Positions 9,999-22,327 of a stretch of 64,000 nucleotides of DNA are shown here, piece after piece. The notes below the pieces were generated by a model. The model was not told the DNA's origin, did not search any database, and saw only the letters and a list, made by a program, of their open reading frames with translations. This stretch comes from Sminthopsis crassicaudata (taxonomy: Eukaryota). Each line of letters starts with the position of its first letter. Position 1 is the stretch's first letter. The stretch spans positions 239,227,198 through 239,291,197 of the forward strand of contig NC_133622.1 of the NCBI RefSeq assembly GCF_048593235.1, written 5' to 3'. The position numbers were made by a program, and so were the translations under genes.

Positions 9999-10649
9999 AT
10001 AGAGTAAAAGATTTTTCTACTCTTTTCACACTTGCATCTTAGATTCATGCTTTTGAACATATAGCTTAATACTCTACAGGGATGACCATTTTTTTCCTAC
10101 ATCATATATTTTGAAATATCTCCTTACTTAAAGTACTTTAAAAATACCTTGGACAAGTTTGAAATATTTAGCAAATTCATTCTTGTGAAAGTCTTGCTTG
10201 GAGAGTAACCCAAGAAAAGTGGGATATTAGCATCCTAATTGTCTCATTTGAAAATGTCAACAAATTTCCTAGCTATGTTATTTAATTCAGAAATTTACTG
10301 TTTGTTTTTAAATAATTATAAAGTGTATGATCATTTTCCTCATTTCCAGGGTTATCTTTTATGCCTTTAATCAAATTTTTAGTTTTCTTACAAACATGAT
10401 TTTCAAAGGAATCTGAGTTTAACCTTAATCATTTACTTTACTTCTTTCTGAATATCCCCTAAAAGTGTAGTTCTTAAAATTGCTTAATAGTGTCATTTTA
10501 GTTGCTTGATGCTGTCGATTGCATGCAATGTTTCATTCATTGGATGCATATTCCAAAAGTTATCCTTTTCATAGTCTTTGTGCTGCTTTTTATTCTAGAA
10601 AATATTGTATGAGATTTTTCAGTAAAGTTTTCTTCTCTTTCTATTAGAC

Positions 10650-11978
10650 TTTCCATCAGAGCAGGTATTCTGAATTTGGGGGAGTTCTTGGAAGTGGTTG
10701 AGATTGTATGAATGCTACAGAGATTGGGGAGAATTCAAAGAAAAGCTTTCTTATAGGCACTTTTTAGCTTCCTGCAACAGTCTCATCATGTCTCAGGGAA
10801 TCCAATGATTCCTGAGAGTTTTCAAGTCTTGCAACAATCTTATCATATCTCAGGGAATACAATGATTCCTGAGGGTTTTGAGGGTTCCATTGCTAATTGT
10901 GTCCACCACTGAAAGAGCATGGCAGTTATGGCAATCGACTCATGAACATCAAAAATTGTTCATAAGACTGTTGCAGAACTTTAAAATCTTCAGGAATCAT
11001 TGGATTCCCAAGACATGATGAGACTGTTGCAAGACTTGAAGATTTTTAGAAATCATTGGATTCCCTAACACATTAAAAAAACTGTTGAAGGACTTCAAAA
11101 ACTTTCAGGGATCATTGGATTCCCTGACACGTGAAGCAATGGACAATAGATTGGTTTTGGACTATCTCTTGGCTGCTGAAGGAGGTATATGTGTGATTGT
11201 TATTTACATACCCTCCTTCTAAGACTTCTGGAAATCTTTTACAACACCATGTTGATTCATTTTCTTTGCTATATCATTACTTGCATGTATAAGTCAAAAT
11301 TGGCTATACTATATTGAGCCTGCACCGGCTATGGGGAGAGTCATCACTACTAGCCTGAGTAACACTAATATGTGCTTGTGTAATACCTCCCATGCTAATG
11401 GAGTTATATATAGTTGTTTGAAATACCCTACAGCACAGAGGAAACTGCCTAGTATCTGGTTTGACTCTCCATTTCTTTTTGGTGTTTTTACCTCCCTTCC
11501 TGAAAAGTCAGGGAGGGCATGATCACTTTTGTTCCAATACAAAAGAAAGCATGAGATGCAGAGGGTAGAAATCTGAAAGGGTGTATTTGAATCTAAGACA
11601 GCAGGGTGCTTGTAGTTAAGTACCCACTAGGTGTGAGATGGTCATTCTCTAAGCACATACCTGATGTAATGTAATGATGTGGTCAATTTAGCTGGGGTAT
11701 ACTTAGGGTAATGTGGTGATGTGATGTTCTACAGCTGCACATGCCCAGTGTGTAATGTAGTTGTGCTGAGGTATTTACAGGAGTCTCAAAGACAGAGGGC
11801 TCTTTCAGCCATGGCAATCTCAGCCACAGAGAAAATTTCAGGCTCCAGACTTCAGAGTCCAGATTTTGACCAGTCATATGGTGGCTGTTCTCCTGCCTCC
11901 TTCACTTCACTCCTCCACTAAGCCCAAAGCCTTGGGCTGATCCCTGAGGCCCACCTGAGAGCTTGCCTGGACATTACA
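10650..11978 (+). mobile_element. 3' remnant of a related ERV: env-TM repeats (partly inverted), ISD, PPT-like tract and LTR (11557-11978)
   Basis: Contains the translated segment SLDSLTREAMDNRLVLDYLLAAEGGICVIV. PPT-like aaaagaaagcatgaga (11541-11556) precedes TG...acattaCA. Shares cactgaaagagcatgg and the pre-PPT sequence with the two proviruses. Left boundary uncertain. Confidence 0.8.
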
Positions 11979-12489
11979 ATGAACATTATTGTTTATTTCT
12001 TATTTGTTCCATTAAAATTTAAGATCCTCTGTGTATCTCCAATATTAAGTGAAGCACTTGGATCATTCCAACTATTTATTAAAACTTTATTTTCTACTGG
12101 ACTTATTAGAAATGTCTTGCATGGGCTAGGAGTCTTGAATGGAGCAGTAGATATTGTCTAACTTTATCAATATTTGGTCACTAGAGTCATCAAAAGCCTT
12201 AAACATCTAGGAAATAAAGTACCCAAATAATTCAATGTAGAAAACATGTCTAACATTCATGATGATATTATGAGCTGAGGAATGCTGGTGTCCAGCAATC
12301 ATAGTAGCAGTATCCCAGATTAGAGATTCTTGACGTAGAATTGGCTGAACTCAAATCATCAAGTAGAGTCATTCTATGTATCTTCTGGTTCAAAAGAAAA
12401 TAGATGAAAGAATAAATTCTTTATCCTGAAACCAACTTTTTGCAAAGCCTTAATTGTCATGATCATGGTGAAGTCAAGAAATATTGTTT

Positions 12490-13030
12490 ACATTATCTCA
12501 ATAAGCATTTATTAAGATAATGTTGGCCAAGCCTTTCTCTAAATCCTCTGAGAAATGATCATTCAATTATGCAATGACTTGCATTTAATTATGTACTTTA
12601 TAATCTTAAGAAAAAAAATGATGTTAATACATGTGAAGGAATGCTAACTGCAAGGGAAATAACAAGGCATCTTTTTTTTTTTCTTGCATTACTTTTTTTG
12701 AGATCTCACGTATAGGGTCAGTAGAGAATCTCTAGGGCCTGGGTCCCACGGGTCTTAAAGACAAATGTAAGAGTTTCAGAGAAGCATCATGCTCAGTTTT
12801 TGAATAAAGTAAAATAATATATTTTTGAGGTTGGAAAATGGAATGAATCACCTCCTCCTTTTCCAGTTAGGGGACAAGTTTCTGATTTTCTGTTAATAAT
12901 ATGCAGCAATGGATTAATTCTGAGCTTGCTCTCTAAGAAATGGTAAGAGTATGATCTGATCTGGAAACTATCATGTCACAACATTCTTTGTATGTACTAT
13001 GGATCTAGAAAAATGAAACAGGATTCTTCA
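12490..13030 (+). promoter_or_regulatory. Candidate clade-B OR promoter/first-exon block, copy 1 (cut by L1)
   Basis: Homologous to 15127-15717, 49380-49966 and partly 60120-60330. CAATTA/TAATTA homeodomain-type sites (12564, 12586) lie upstream of O/E-like TCTCTAGGGC (12729) and GTCCCACGGG (12743). Confidence 0.45.
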
Positions 13031-14460
13031 GGGGTGGGATCAAGATGGTGGAGAAAAGTCAGGAAGCTATTCAAACATTCCCATTTTCTCCTGAAAACCA
13101 TTTGTAGCTGAACATCTGAACACAATTTGATGGAATGAAACCACTCCAACAGAAGAAACACTCGAAAATTTTCAAAAAAAGGAGAGTCTCATTGGAGTGA
13201 AGAGGATGTTGAGCACATCTCAAACAGACTTTGTGAAAGCTGGTAAGAGGGCTTTGATCACAGCAAATCATTAACTAAAACCTCAATTCCTGGTCCACTA
13301 GAGGTTAAATCAGTGGGGAAGCTTCCAGTCCCAGCTCAAAAGGCAAATTTTGGGAAACCAAGTCTTTCCTGAAAACAGCAGGCAAAGCTATTCCCTACAA
13401 AAAGAAGATAACCCCCGTCCACAAAGTCAAGGCTCAAAGTGTCATAGGAAGTTTGGCATAGTACTCCTTTACCCCAGGTATAGAACTCAATCATAAAAGT
13501 ACTAAAAGAGGAAATACCAAAAATAAAGAAAAGGAAAAAGAGCACTAAATGGAAAAGAAAAATTACTAAAATTGGAAATGTTAGTATCATAGTATCAAAA
13601 CAGCAACTCAGACAAGGACAGCATATGCATAGAAGGAATTTCAAAGAGTGATATGTATTGGTCTCAAGTCCAAAGAGCCTTCTTGGAAGTACTGAAAAAA
13701 AACAAAACATTAAAAGGCATATAAGAGATATAAAAGAATAAAAGAGAAAGGAAATGAGAGGTATGTATGAAAGAGTCAACAAAGTGAAAAAGGAAGGGAA
13801 AAAATGATTGAAAAAAATGGCCAAATGCAAAAAAAATAAAATAAAAAAGAATACAATAGCTAACTGAAGAAAATCATGAGACTGGGGCAAATGCAAGCTA
13901 ATGACTCTGTGAGACAGCAAGAATATGTCAAACAAATTAAAAAAAAATTTAAAAAATGAAAGAAAATGTGAAAGACCTCATTGGAAAAAAGGTGACCTAG
14001 AAAATAGATGCAGAAGAGACGATGTAAAACTATTGGCTTAACTGAAGGTCATGACCAAAATATGAGCCTAGATAGCCTTCTTTAAGAAATCATTAAGGAA
14101 AACTGTCATGATATTCTAAAAACAGAGGGAGAAATGCTCATTGAAAGAATCCATCAATCACCTTTTTACAGTGAACCCAAAAGGAAAACCCCAAGGAACA
14201 TTGTTGCAAAAACCCAGAACTACAATCTTAAGGAAAAAAATACTGCAAGTTGCCAGACAAAAACAATTCAAGTGTAAGGAGCAACATTTAGGATTACCCA
14301 GGATCATACAGCTTCTACAATTAAAGATTGGGGCTGACCATATAGTAGAAGGTAAAGGAGCTAGGGTTATAATCAAAAATTAACTATTCAAGGAGACTGA
14401 GCATCATTTTTTAAGGGGGAAGATGAAGCTTCAATGAAGTAAGAGATGTTCAATCATTTC
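13031..14460 (+). mobile_element. Old LINE-1 5' fragment (5'UTR plus decayed ORF1)
   Basis: Starts ggggtgggatcaagatggtggag. ORF1-like gacctagaaaatagatgcagaagagac...gaaagaatccatcaatcacc...ttgttgcaaaa. No 3' end present. Confidence 0.8.
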
Positions 14461-14482
14461 TATGGGGAAAATAAAAGAACCA

Positions 14483-15126
14483 GGGGTGGAGCCAAGATGG
14501 CAGAGAGTAGGCAAATTTTTATCAGACCTTCCCTGGCAACCCTCAGATCAACACCAAATAAAGCTTCTGTCCTGTTTTTGGAGTGACAGAACCCATCAAT
14601 ATTTAGAGTGTAGCAAATTTCCATCAGAAAATATTTTGGAGGAATTTCAGAAAAGTTCTGTTTCAATCAGGCAAGGATGGGAGAGAGGCAGCCAAGTGCA
14701 AGCAGAGCTTAGGGAACATGGGTAGTGTGGAGTTATATGCAGGACAAGGCCATGCCTACCCAGCATTGGGATGAACTGCTGCACCCGGCCACAGTAGACT
14801 ATAGCCTTTGTCACCTGTAATGGAAGATAGGAATAATCTTTACTTTGCCCTAAGAGCAGACCTCAACCTTCAGAAAAATAACCAGAAAAAGAAAAATAAC
14901 TCTGATCATAGATAGATTTTAAGAAGAAAGAGTAAAATAAACCTTGAAACCTGAGTAGAAATAAAAGTAAAGAGTAAAAATAAAAATATATATAACTTGA
15001 AGAAAAGAAGATGGCAAGAAATACAGAGTCATTTAAACTACAAATGGGAATAGGATGAACTCTCCCATAAAACAGAATCAGATAGCCAATTGAATTAATA
15101 ACCAAAATGCCACAATATATTGTTCT
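14483..15126 (+). mobile_element. Second LINE-1 5' fragment (5'UTR, scraps of ORF1 and ORF2 start)
   Basis: Starts ggggtggagccaagatggcagag. Ends in an EN-like segment, aaatgggaataggatgaactctcccataaaacag...ccacaatatattgtt. Confidence 0.7.
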
Positions 15127-15717
15127 CTCAATAAGCATCTATTAAGGTGAAGCTGGCTAAGTCTTATTTCAAGTCCTCTAAGAATAAATCTTACAATTCT
15201 TTGCAAATTTGCTTCTAATTATGCATTATATAATCTTAAGGGAAAACCATTTTAATATTTGTGAAGGAATTCAAAGTGCAAGATCAATATAATTGTTAGT
15301 AAATACATTCTTTGAAAGTGACAATCATTTTTTCCTTTAATTACTTCTTTTGAAATCACACATGTAGAGCCAGTAAAGAATCTCTGGGGCTTAGGTCCCA
15401 AAGCACTTAGAGGCAAATGTAAGATCCTCAGCAAAATGCCACACTCAGGTTTCTGATAAAGTAAAATGACATGTCTGTGATTCTTGAATTTTGCTGTACA
15501 ATGGAAAGAACCACATCCTCCTTATCCAGTCAATGAAAGAGATTGTGATTCTCTGTTAATAATGTACACAAATAGATTAATTTTGAGCCTGATTATTTGG
15601 AAGGGGTCAGGGAGAAATCTTTTGACAAAATTACCATGTTACAAGATAGCTTTTTATGATGTCTATATGACGAATCTTGGAAATGAAACATCCAGTAGAT
15701 TCTTTGTTCTGGTGAGT
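15127..15717 (+). promoter_or_regulatory. Candidate clade-B OR promoter/first-exon block, copy 2, ending in a splice donor
   Basis: O/E-like TCTCTGGGGC (15381) and GTCCCAAAGC (15395). Donor ctg|GTGAGT at 15712, matched by ttg|GTGAGT at 49961. Confidence 0.5.
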
Positions 15718-18122
15718 AGATATATGTTAATATACATTTTAATATACATTTTACCCCCAGACTATTAACTGGAAACTAGAATATTATTTTAATACTTCCC
15801 TAAAACTGAAAAGAACTGGTTAAAAAGGGAAAAGGGAGGGGTTATCAGTTCATATAGATGAGAATTTGATAGACACGTTGAAAAGGGAACAAGAATTGAC
15901 ATGTTTCAATAGTTAAAAGAAACATTTGTTGTCCTTTAGGGAAGCACAAGAAATCCTATAAATATTGGGGGAGATAACAATTCATTAGAATTCATGAAAA
16001 GCCAACGTTTGGTCATAATGTAACAGAAAGATGAAAATTAAGGAGGCATATGCTCAGGAAATAAGCTTTTGTTCAGGGGAGATGAGAATGAATGAGTGGA
16101 CCAAGCTGGAATTTGTTCATTCTGAAGAAAGAAAAGGGGGAAATTATTGAAAGGTTGGAACCTATGTGGGGAAAAATTTTGAAGAGGGAAAGACTGAAGT
16201 GAAAAATTTAATAGTTTCATTCCTTGGATGAAAAGTGACATTGGAATAATCTGGACATATGGGTTTACTACACTGAAATTTTAAATTTACTGGCGGTGCA
16301 TTTTCTCACAAAAGTCTGTTGTTGTTCATGGACACTTAGAGAATTGGAGAATGTTCTTCTGTTAGGCTTCTATAAAAAATAAATTCAAATTAAAATGCTA
16401 ACTTCCATCTCATTTTACCCAATCTATTTCCTAATCACCACACCTCAGTCATGTCTCAATGACCTAGGCCTTCACCACCTTAGGTTCTGTCTCTATCCCT
16501 CTCTTTATCTTTGTCCTATTTCTGTTTTGTCTCTGCCTTTCTGTCTCTCTGTCTCTGTCTCTTTCTGTTTCTCTGTCTCTGTCTCTTTCTGTTTCTGTCT
16601 CTATTTGCATATATTTTTTGTATTGCCTTTTTAAATTGTTATTTTATGGTTTGAAGAAAATTATTACATTGAGATGTTCTTTAAAGGGATCAATTTGGTC
16701 ATTCTCTGAAGGATAGAGAACTTTTAAGATTCCTAAGGCAACCTACTTCAGGCTTTTTCTACTTTTTTCTCTAACTTTATGATGACACCATTTAAGGATT
16801 CCCTTTTCAGTTTTACAGTATTGCCATTAGATTTAAGAAAACAGTTTCAGGACACTGACTATAAGATTCAATTAATAGGAACCTTCCTTGTTTATCTGGA
16901 CAATCTTTTCATATTATTTATGAAGAATGGAAAGCACTATAAAATGCAATATGAAAACATGAAAATGATTTTAAAACATCAAATATATAATGTTAGAGCT
17001 GGAACTCAAATTTAAATATTTTCTAGTCTAAACTCATATTTTATAATGCAGTAGATAGAAATTTAGGCCTGGAGCAGAGAATTCAAATTCAATGTCAAGG
17101 TACATCTCAGCCATTCATTTAACCTTTGTTAGCATCAGTTTCCCAAACAATAAAAATGAAATAATAATAGGATCTACTTTTTCAGGTTATTTTGCTTATC
17201 ATTTTTATAATCATTATAAAGCACTTAGCACAATGCATGACACATGAAAGTGCTATATAAAAGTTATCTATTATAGTTGTTATAAATCTTAGGAAAAATA
17301 GGTGAGGAGATTCATGATTATATAGTCATTAAAGTACACAGACAAGATTGAAGCTATTTAAACAAATAATAACTTATTAACAGAGTACTGACTATGTGCC
17401 AGGTATTGTGTTTGCAATTATTATCCCATTTGTTCTTCACACCAATCTAAGGAAGTATTTTCATTTTAAAAATGAAGAAACTGAGGTCAATAATAATTAA
17501 ATTTTTTTTCAGTTATATAGCTAGTCTGAGTCTTGTGGTGAATTTAGGTGGTTCTGATTACACACTTAGCACTCTATCACTTAGTTGTTTCTATCATATA
17601 CATATGTTAAATGTAATTGTTTTTATCAAAGGATATGATATTTTTGTTGCCATATTAGACTACTGAAATTTGGTGTATCTAAAAATTGCTCACTTCATTT
17701 TTCCTACTGAAAGTAACTCAAAAGAATAAGTCCAAATGTTGTTCTGGTAGAAAAGCATTTCTTAAATGTCAGCTTCTCTTCTAACATATGCTATTCAAAG
17801 AAAAGAGTAGAAAATTCTTAGGGGGATAATAAAACATAATGGGATACATATACACATATGCATGAATGTTATTGAGGGTATATGGACACATACAGAGACA
17901 CATGGAGACATGCATCTGTATATGTGTGTATGTATGTATGTTCAAATTTTTAAAAGATTACTAGGAGAAATAAAGCTTAGACTTCTTTTTCTGCGTTCCA
18001 GAAAAGTGAACTAGATCAAATGGGTAGAAGTAACAGACTGAATATTACACAATGAAGACCAAATGGAAAGGTGAGAGTAATCATCTTTGTTATTTCATTT
18101 TAATGCTTAAAGAAATAAGATA

Positions 18123-18281
18123 GGGGCAGCTAGGTGGCGCAATGGATAGAGCACCAGCCCTGAATTCAGGAGGATCAGAGTTCAAATCTGATCTCAGACA
18201 CTTAATACTTTCTAGCTGTGTGACCATGGGCAAGTCACTTAACCCCAGCCTCAGAAACAGAAAAAAAAAAGGAGAAAAAAA
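18123..18281 (+). mobile_element. CORE-SINE (WSINE1-like) with A-rich tail
   Basis: ggggcagctaggtggcgcaatggatagagcaccagccctgaattcaggagg...acttaaccccagcctc followed by an A-rich tail. Confidence 0.9.
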
Positions 18282-18415
18282 GAAGTAAGATAGACTTTTC
18301 CTAGGAGTTAATGGATTCTCCTTCTCCTACATATAAGAGTGTAGAATGAATGGACATCAATTTCACTTGTATTTCACTTTTCCTAATCCATTTTTAATTC
18401 TCTCCAACAGGAATC

Positions 18416-19360
18416 ATGGTGAGCACTGGGAAAAATCAGAGTGTGGCAGTCATATTCATCCTCTTGGGATTTTCTGAGTATCCAAAGCTCCAGGTGCCCC
18501 TCTTTCTACTGTTTCTCACCATCTATGCAGTCACTGTGGTGGGAAACTTGGGTATGATTGTGATCATCAGGATCAACCCCAAACTCCACACCCCCATGTA
18601 CTTTTTTCTCCAGCACTTGTCCTTTGTGGATTTTTGTTACTCAACTATTGCCACACCAAAATTATTAGAAAATTTAGTTGTAGAAGACAGGAGCATCTCT
18701 ATCAAGGGCTGCATCTCACAGTTTTCCATTGGTGTCACCTGTGTGGTGACAGAGTCAGTGATGTTGGCTGTGATGGCCTATGACCGCTTTGTTGCAATAT
18801 GCTATCCTTTACTTTATACAGTTTTCATGTCACCAAAACGCTGTATCCTACTAGTGTCTGTTACATATTCATGGGGAGTAATTTCTTCTATTATATTCAC
18901 TTATTCTCTTCTTGTATTATCATTTTGTGAAACGAAAATCATTAATAACTTTGTATGTGAATACTCTGTCATCCTCTCTGCTTCCTGCTCTGATAAACAC
19001 TTCAGCGAGATAATATTTTTTATCTTTGCAAATCTCAATGCATTGTGCACCTTGATCACTATCCTTACATCTTATTTTCTTATTTTTGTCACTATCTTCA
19101 AAATGAATTCATCCAGTGGAAGATATAAAGCTTTCTCCACCTGTGCCTCCCACTTGACAGCCGTTTCCATCTTTTATGGGACCATCCTCTTTCTTTATTG
19201 TATTCCCAGTTCCCAAAACTCATGGCTTTTAGTCAAAGTAGGATCTGTTCTTTATATTGTGGTAATTCCTATGATAAATCCCTTAATATATAGTCTAAGG
19301 AATAATGTTGTGAAGGAAACCATCAGGAAATTAATGCATCTCAAAATAATTTCTCAATAA
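18416..19360 (+). CDS. Olfactory receptor, OR5D-like (clade B1), 314 aa, intact
   Basis: All canonical OR motifs, NQS glycosylation site, acceptor tctccaacAG ending at 18410. Confidence 0.97.
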   Translation: MVSTGKNQSVAVIFILLGFSEYPKLQVPLFLLFLTIYAVTVVGNLGMIVIIRINPKLHTPMYFFLQHLSFVDFCYSTIATPKLLENLVVEDRSISIKGCISQFSIGVTCVVTESVMLAVMAYDRFVAICYPLLYTVFMSPKRCILLVSVTYSWGVISSIIFTYSLLVLSFCETKIINNFVCEYSVILSASCSDKHFSEIIFFIFANLNALCTLITILTSYFLIFVTIFKMNSSSGRYKAFSTCASHLTAVSIFYGTILFLYCIPSSQNSWLLVKVGSVLYIVVIPMINPLIYSLRNNVVKETIRKLMHLKIISQ

Positions 19361-20129
19361 GATCATTTATATGGATTTTATACTTCTGACTAAATAATTC
19401 TGATTGAATTTATAATGATAATTAATTCTCTAACTCCTATTCAATTATTCCTTTCTCTGGGATATACACCTACAGTTTCTGCAACCATTTGAAGAACAGT
19501 TCTAAAATCTTAAGCAAATGAAGAAAGGATGTAAAAAGTGAGAAAAATCATTTCAGGAAATCATTACTATCTACTCCACGATATAACAACACCCTCAGAA
19601 CCTTTCATTAAAGTTTTTTAACAAATTATTGCAAAAATAAATCTGTTCATTCTACAAGATTAAATGTCTGTTTTCTTTTTTCAATTTTTACATTAATTCT
19701 ATTTCATAGAAAAACAAGGAATAATAATCTAAGGTATTAACTAGTGAGGTGAGCAGGTGGTTTTTGGAACCCCACAAGCGACAAACACTTTGATTTGTGA
19801 TTATATTCAGTATTGAAAGATAATGATTGTCAGAGAAATTCAATGGCCTGAGACAATTCTTATGATGTACTTAGTACATGATGATATGTTTTTAATATAA
19901 TAAAAGGTTAAATACGTGTTGGTGGATGGATTTAATGACAATATGGAGACAATTACTAGCCTTGCACTCTATCAATAGCTTAAAATTTTGCTTGCAATTT
20001 ATTTTTTCAATTAATGAAATAAAATAAATATTCCCATAAGATGGTATAAAATAACAAAAGATGAATCAACCTAAAAGTATAGGTCTATTATATACAGCCT
20101 TCTATTCCTTTTAAGAAAAACATTTCATT

Positions 20130-21000
20130 TATTTTTTTTATTTTTATTTTTTTAATTTATGGAATAAAACAAGCCTTTCCACAACAGGGTACAATTTAAA
20201 AAAAAAGATTGCATATGAAATAATTAATATGTACAACTTACAACTTCTATTAAATTATATAATAAAAGTATTATATATTTCTTTTTTCTCCTTTTTTTCT
20301 TTCCTTTCCACCCATCCCCCTGCTCTAAAAATGACTATTATTAGACACAAATGGGTGTGTGTGCGTGTGTGCGTGCATGCGCGTGATACATAGCTCTATT
20401 TATCTGTTCTTTGATTCAGTATCTTTCTTCATACATTCTTTAGAGTTAATTTTGCTATTTCCAGTAGACAAAACAACTATTTACTCAGTTCTGAAAACTA
20501 TTTCTGTTACTGAACAGAATGTACTCTTGGTTATGCTCATGTCAATCTTCATTGTTGTGTGTAATTATTTCCATTATTCCTCTAACATTATTGAGCTCAT
20601 CATTTCCTACACCATACTCGTACTCCATCATAATAATGTATCACACTTTTTCTTCAGATATTCCTTTTAGACAAAATATAAAGATTTAAATATGTGCTAT
20701 TCCTTTTAAATATATGCTAAAATTATCATGTAAATTTCTTTCCCCCCTTTTTTTCCTATTTCCCCTCCCTAGAGATGTCTCCCATTAGACAAAAATATCT
20801 TTATATATGTAGAAGTACATATTTATGTAAATCATTCAATAAATATATTTGTCAGATCTTATTCCGGGTAAAATAGTGTCTTTTTCATATGTTCTTTCTA
20901 GTTAATTTTGGCATTTATAATATTATAAATGATTTAATTGTTAAAACAATATTGCTATTACTACATATAGTATTCTTTTGCATCTGCTAGTTTTGATTTT
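20130..21000 (-). mobile_element. Old LINE-1 3'UTR fragments
   Basis: T-rich tail followed by tttaatttatggaataaaacaagc and repeated ccc...ctagagatg/aaatgact..cattagacacaaat units. Highly decayed. Confidence 0.5.
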
Positions 21001-21657
21001 CATCATTTCTTGTAAATCTATACATAGAAAAAAAGTAAATTTGTTCAACTTGATGTTCCAGTACAGAGTAAACATTGACCAATGCCAAGAGAAAAGTCAA
21101 AATGCCTGACAATGGCCTAGGGTGCAATAGAGGAACTTCCTTTAATGATAAGAATAACTTTAAACAATCATTCTCTTTTAAATACAAGTGAGAATTAACT
21201 TTCATGATAAGAAAATGAATAAATTTAGAGCACCCAAACAAAAATCTATGTATTGAAACATAATATTTGGAGATAACTATAGAACAATTAACTTTTTTTT
21301 ATTAAACAAGAGAAGTCATGTGAGGATATCTAATTTCAAGGTTTTTTTTTAGACATCACTCATTAGTTTATCATATACTAAATAATTTTTTTAAGGGTAT
21401 GGGAATAAGCATTTATTAGTACCTACTATGGGCCTGGCTCATTTGAATCTCACAACAACCCTGGGAGTTAAATGATATTACTTTTCTTTTTTATTTTTTT
21501 TTATTTTTTTTTAATTTTTAGCAAATAGCATTTTATTTTTTTCCTTTTACATGTAAAGTTAATTTTCAACATTTTTTTTTTCATTTTAAGCAAACTTTAA
21601 TGGAAATGAAATAAAGGAGTTATTTTGTTATGCTTGTTATGGGCCAGAACTCTGAAC

Positions 21658-22327
21658 TTTTTTTTAAAATAATTTTTATTATATACTTTTTTATAATATT
21701 ATCCCTTGTATTCATTTTTCCAAATTATCCCCCCTTCCTCTACTCCCTCCCCCCGATGACAGACAATCCCATACATTTTACATGTGTTACAATATAACCT
21801 AGATACAATACATGTGTGTAAATACCATTTTCTTGTTGCACAATAAGCATTAGATTCCGAAGGTACATGTAACCTGGGCAGACAGATATTAGTGCTAACA
21901 ATTTACATTCACTTCCCAGTGTTCCATCTCTGGGTGTAGCTACCTCTGTCCATCATTGATCAACTGGAAGTGAGTTGGCTCTTCTTTATGTTGAAGATTT
22001 CCACTTCCATCAGAATACATCCTCATACATTATGGTTGTTGAAGTGTACAGTGATCTTCTGGTTCTGCTCATTTCATTCAGCATCAGTTGATGTAAGTCT
22101 CTCCAGGCCTCTCTGTATTCCTCCTGCTGGTCATTTCTTACAGAGCAATAATATTCCATAAACTTCATATACCATAATTTACCCAACCATTCTCCAACTG
22201 ATGGACACCCATTCAACTTCCAGTTTCTAGCTACAACAAAAAGAGCTGCCACAAACATTTTGGCACATATATGTCTCTTTCCGCTCTTTAGTATTTCTTT
22301 GGGATATAAGCCCAGTAATAGTACTGC
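21658..22327 (-). mobile_element. Young LINE-1 3' end, cut by a deletion
   Basis: T-run then ataatattatcccttgtattc...ctgatgtaagtctctccaggcc...gggatataagcccagtaatagtactgc. Matches the L1 3' ends at 32.8, 48.1 and 59.2 kb. Confidence 0.88.

Noticed and set aside
10773-11130. CRISPR-like array
   Set aside because: Units are adjacent without unique spacers, are imperfect, translate as env heptad sequence, and the genome is mammalian.
13336-13935. 199-aa hydrophobic ORF; also 32347-32723 and 16395-16634
   Set aside because: Antisense of A-rich L1 ORF1 or translations of CT-rich simple repeats, which give spurious Phe/Leu/Ser-rich peptides.
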